Positions 37,245 through 42,611 of a DNA stretch of 42,611 nucleotides are shown piece by piece. The DNA is from Chloroflexota bacterium (GTDB taxonomy: Bacteria; Chloroflexota; Limnocylindria; P2-11E). The position numbers were made by a program, and so were the translations under genes. The notes beneath the pieces are model-generated. The model was not told where the DNA came from and searched no databases. It saw nothing but the letters and a program-made list of their open reading frames with translations. Each line of letters opens with the position of its first letter. Within the stretch, counting starts at the first letter, position 1. The stretch spans positions 1 through 42,611 of the forward strand of contig VBEU01000049.1 of the NCBI GenBank assembly GCA_005883775.1. Direction: 5' to 3'.

Positions 37245-37750
37245 CAGACTCCTAACGCCCCCTGCTTCTCGGTGGCGCGGCGGAGAAGTCGCGCAACGGG
37301 ATATATCGCGAGCGCCAGCAGCCCGGTGTAGAGGGCACTCGCCACCGCTGTCCCCGCTGCGAGCGGTGCTGAGGAGATGCCCGCCCCGGTGACCGCGAGG
37401 ATGCCGACGTAGATGAGGCCTGCTGCCAACGCGGCCAGGCCGACAAGAACCGCCCCTGGGAGGATCGGCGTGGGACGTCCGGGACCGCCTTCGCGAAGGC
37501 CCACCGCGGCCACGGGCGGTAGTGACGCGAGCGCGAACGCGCCCAGGGGCCCTCCTGAGATCAGATCCGAGACGACTCCACCGAGGAAAGCCCACCACAC
37601 TCCCTCGCGCGCGCCGGCCGCGATCGACCACGAGGCAGCCACCAATATCGGTAGCGACGGACGAGCGCCGCCCACGGCGATGAGCGGCGCAACGGTTCCC
37701 TGGAGAAGAGCGGCCGCGAGCGGGATCAGGACGCCGAGAACAAAACGCAT
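37241..37750 (-). CDS. mreD: Rod shape-determining protein MreD
   Basis: ATG at 37750 with an AAGGGGGA RBS. 169-aa polytopic membrane protein directly upstream of mrdA-rodA. It has the MreD-like size and hydrophobic pattern. The call rests largely on synteny. Confidence 0.7.
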   Translation of the reverse strand: MRFVLGVLIPLAAALLQGTVAPLIAVGGARPSLPILVAASWSIAAGAREGVWWAFLGGVVSDLISGGPLGAFALASLPPVAAVGLREGGPGRPTPILPGAVLVGLAALAAGLIYVGILAVTGAGISSAPLAAGTAVASALYTGLLALAIYPVARLLRRATEKQGALGVW

Positions 37751-37805
37751 CGTTCCCCCTTCGCGGGACCACGTCGCGGTGGACACGCCTTCGTTCGCTG
37801 TCCGC

Positions 37806-38939
37806 TCAGGAGTGCGCGCGCCGCCCCAGCGCGCGGGCCGGCGCTGTGGGCGTGGGATGCTGGACCTCGAGCTCCTGTTCGAGCTGCGGGAACGGATCCT
37901 CGTCGCGGAGCTTTGCGCCAACGTAGATCAGGACCAGCCGGAGCGTCGCGGCGACGGGCACCGCGATGAGGACGCCGAGCAGACCGTACAACGCGCCACC
38001 GGTCAGCAGCGAAAAGATCACGACGGCGGGATGTAGCTTAACGATCCGGCCTATGACCAGCGGGATCACGAAGTAGTCCTCCGAGTGCCGAAGAACCGTG
38101 TACATCGCCGCGACGATCGCGACGTACCAGATTTGCGAGAGGCCCCAGGGCGCCGGGTGCCCCAGAGCGACGAGGCAGGCAATGGCGCCCGCCGTGATCG
38201 GCCCAACGATCGGGATCACTTCAAGCACGCCTGTCATGAGCGCCAGCAGCAACGCGAAAGGCAGTTGCAGGATCGACAGGCCCACAAACGTTACGGTCGA
38301 CATCACACCGATGAGGAACATCTGCCCTCGCACGTAGCGGCCGAGGAGCGTGTTCACCTGCGCAAAGAGTGGAATGAGTTCATTGCGCTGGCTCGCCGGA
38401 AGAATGCGGCGGAACCACTGAAAGAGACGTGGGGCGTCACGCAGAAGGAAGAACGTCGCGATGAGGAAGACCAGAAGCTCGAGCAGGAAGTGACCGAAGC
38501 CGACTATGAATGGGACCGCGCCGCGAGCAACCATCTGGGTGAGGTCGCCGATTCCTCCAACGTTGGCGATCAGCGCATCCAGGTCTTCGAGTCCGACCTG
38601 GTCGGCGGTCTCGGCAAGGGTGTTCTGCGCATTGGCGACGAGGGTTGGCAGTGTGCGTTGGAGCTCGCGCACCTGATCGATCGCCAGCGGGACCAGAAGC
38701 CGGCCGCCCCCAATTATGGCTGCGAGGAGCCCGAGGAACACGATCGCGGCCGCTGCGGTCCGGGGAAGGGAAAGACGGCGCTCGAGGAGAGCGACCACTG
38801 GGAGAAGCACGTACGCCAACACGCCCGCCCAGACAAATGGCCGCACGATGTCTCCGGCGCGATAGACGATGTAGAGCGCAGCGAGCGCGAATAGAGCGAC
38901 GACGACGCGCTTGGTCGTACTGCTCCAACGGGCTCCCAT
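37806..38939 (-). CDS. AI-2E family transporter (PerM/YhhT, UPF0118)
   Basis: 377 aa with about 8 TM segments. It has the AI-2E pattern (VIPIVGPITAGAIA, ...LVIGRIVKLHPAVVIFSLLTGGALYGLLGVLIAVPVAA). Confidence 0.85.
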   Translation of the reverse strand: MGARWSSTTKRVVVALFALAALYIVYRAGDIVRPFVWAGVLAYVLLPVVALLERRLSLPRTAAAAIVFLGLLAAIIGGGRLLVPLAIDQVRELQRTLPTLVANAQNTLAETADQVGLEDLDALIANVGGIGDLTQMVARGAVPFIVGFGHFLLELLVFLIATFFLLRDAPRLFQWFRRILPASQRNELIPLFAQVNTLLGRYVRGQMFLIGVMSTVTFVGLSILQLPFALLLALMTGVLEVIPIVGPITAGAIACLVALGHPAPWGLSQIWYVAIVAAMYTVLRHSEDYFVIPLVIGRIVKLHPAVVIFSLLTGGALYGLLGVLIAVPVAATLRLVLIYVGAKLRDEDPFPQLEQELEVQHPTPTAPARALGRRAHS

Positions 38940-39142
38940 GGCTGTCGCTGGATTATCAGCCCGCCCGGAGGGTTGGTGGGGTCCGATCGGTCGCTACCTC
39001 GCTATCTAAAATGGTTGCAGAGGGACCGCCGGGGAGTCGTGACGAAACCCAATTGCCATGTGGTCGCAGGGCCCCTCCTCGGCTAGAATGGAGGGCACGA
39101 ACACTCCCCTCCGGCCCCCAGTTTTACCCAGTTTCCTCAGGA

Positions 39143-39158
39143 TGTTTCACGTGTGACA
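39143..39158. promoter_or_regulatory. parS-like site TGTTTCACGTGTGACA (14/16 match to TGTTNCACGTGAAACA)
   Basis: Read directly, ending 11 nt upstream of the parA ATG. The left half-site is perfect and the right half-site has 2 mismatches. Confidence 0.5.
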
Positions 39159-39169
39159 AGGCCGACCGG

Positions 39170-39960
39170 ATGACGGTTCTTGTCGTGAGCAATCAAAAGG
39201 GCGGAGTCGGAAAAACGACCACAGCAATCAGCCTTGGAGCTGCCCTCGTCGAACAGGGTGAGAGGGTCCTAATCGTCGATTTGGATCCTCAAGCGAACGC
39301 CACAAGCGGGCTCGGAGTTAGCAAGGCCCCGCCGAATCGTGTTTACGGCCTCATTTTGAAGGAGCGACCAATAGAGGACTCGATCGTGCCAACTGGGCTG
39401 AGGGGCCTCGACATCGTCCCCTCCGGTCCTGATATGGCCGGAGCCGAGGTCGAGCTCGTCCCGCTGATGGCGCGCGAATATCGCCTTCGCACCGCTCTGC
39501 GGGCGGCGCGAAACTACGACACGGTACTGGTCGACTGCCCGCCGTCGCTTGGGCTTTTGACGGTCAACGCCCTTGCTGCTGGAGACGCCGTCATCATCCC
39601 CGTGCAGTGCGAGTATTACGCGCTCGAGGGTCTCGCGCAGTTGCTCTCGACCATCGAAGCGGTCCGCGCTCGCCTTAACAATCACTTGGAGATTCTGGCG
39701 ATCGTCTTGACGATGGAGGATCGGCGCAATCGACTCTCCCTCCAGGTAATCGATGAGGTCCGCAGGCACTTTCCCAGCCTTGTAGCTGACGCCCGAATCC
39801 CTCGGGCCGTTCGACTCGCGGAGGCGCCCAGCCATGGTCTTCCAATCTCGATCTACGACCGCCGATCCGCAGCTGCGCAGGCCTACGACGACCTGGCGCG
39901 TGAGGTCTCGGCGCGGCTCCGGGCCCGCGCGCCGATCGCTCTCGGTGGAGCGATCGCCTG

Positions 39961-39961
<1 letters not shown>
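39170..39961 (+). CDS. parA: Chromosome partitioning ATPase ParA/Soj
   Basis: The ATG at 39170 gives MTVLVVSNQKGGVGKTTTAISL (deviant Walker A), then VDLDPQANAT and DCPPSLG. The track ORF from 38645 is over-extended. Confidence 0.95.

Positions 39962-42611
<2,650 letters not shown>

Noticed and set aside
38940-39169. oriC or a DnaA-box cluster near parAB-gyrB.
   Set aside because: I found only weak partial matches to TTATCCACA (for example TTATCAGCC near 38952), no clustering, and no AT-rich unwinding element.

Overview
Visibly GC-rich, gene-dense bacterial chromosomal window. It is mostly housekeeping genes, with many GTG/TTG starts and 1-4 nt gene overlaps (ATGA/GTGA/TTGA). I recognised no integrase, transposase, CRISPR array or defence gene.

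Gene order:
- Minus strand: a partial complex I cluster, nuoA-C-H-J-K-L-M, with no nuoB/D/I.
- Plus strand: a LysM x3 + M23 peptidase with a near-perfect 162-bp tandem duplication, a radical-SAM-like hypothetical, obg-nadD-rsfS, and tRNA-Ala(CGC).
- A ~2-kb islet (DoxX, alpha/beta-hydrolase-LuxR regulator) bracketed by direct repeats of the tRNA 3' half.
- A CAP/SCP secreted protein and an aldehyde dehydrogenase with an apparent internal in-frame deletion.
- Minus strand: small membrane protein, OmpR-type regulator, histidine kinase.
- An NHEJ neighbourhood: LigD (PE-Lig-Pol) + hydrolase, DUF885, DUF1232, Ku, and a second ATP-dependent ligase.
- pyrG-tal.
- Minus strand: leuS, a 135-aa hypothetical, comEA, a frameshifted comEC, holA.
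- Minus strand: AI-2E permease, mreD-mrdA-rodA.
- parA-parB-gyrB with a parS-like site.

The most unusual feature is the leuS leader. It is a complete, canonical Leu (CUC) T-box riboswitch with a fully canonical tRNA-Ala(GGC) gene embedded between the Stem II/III region and the antiterminator/terminator. I do not know of a described precedent for this.
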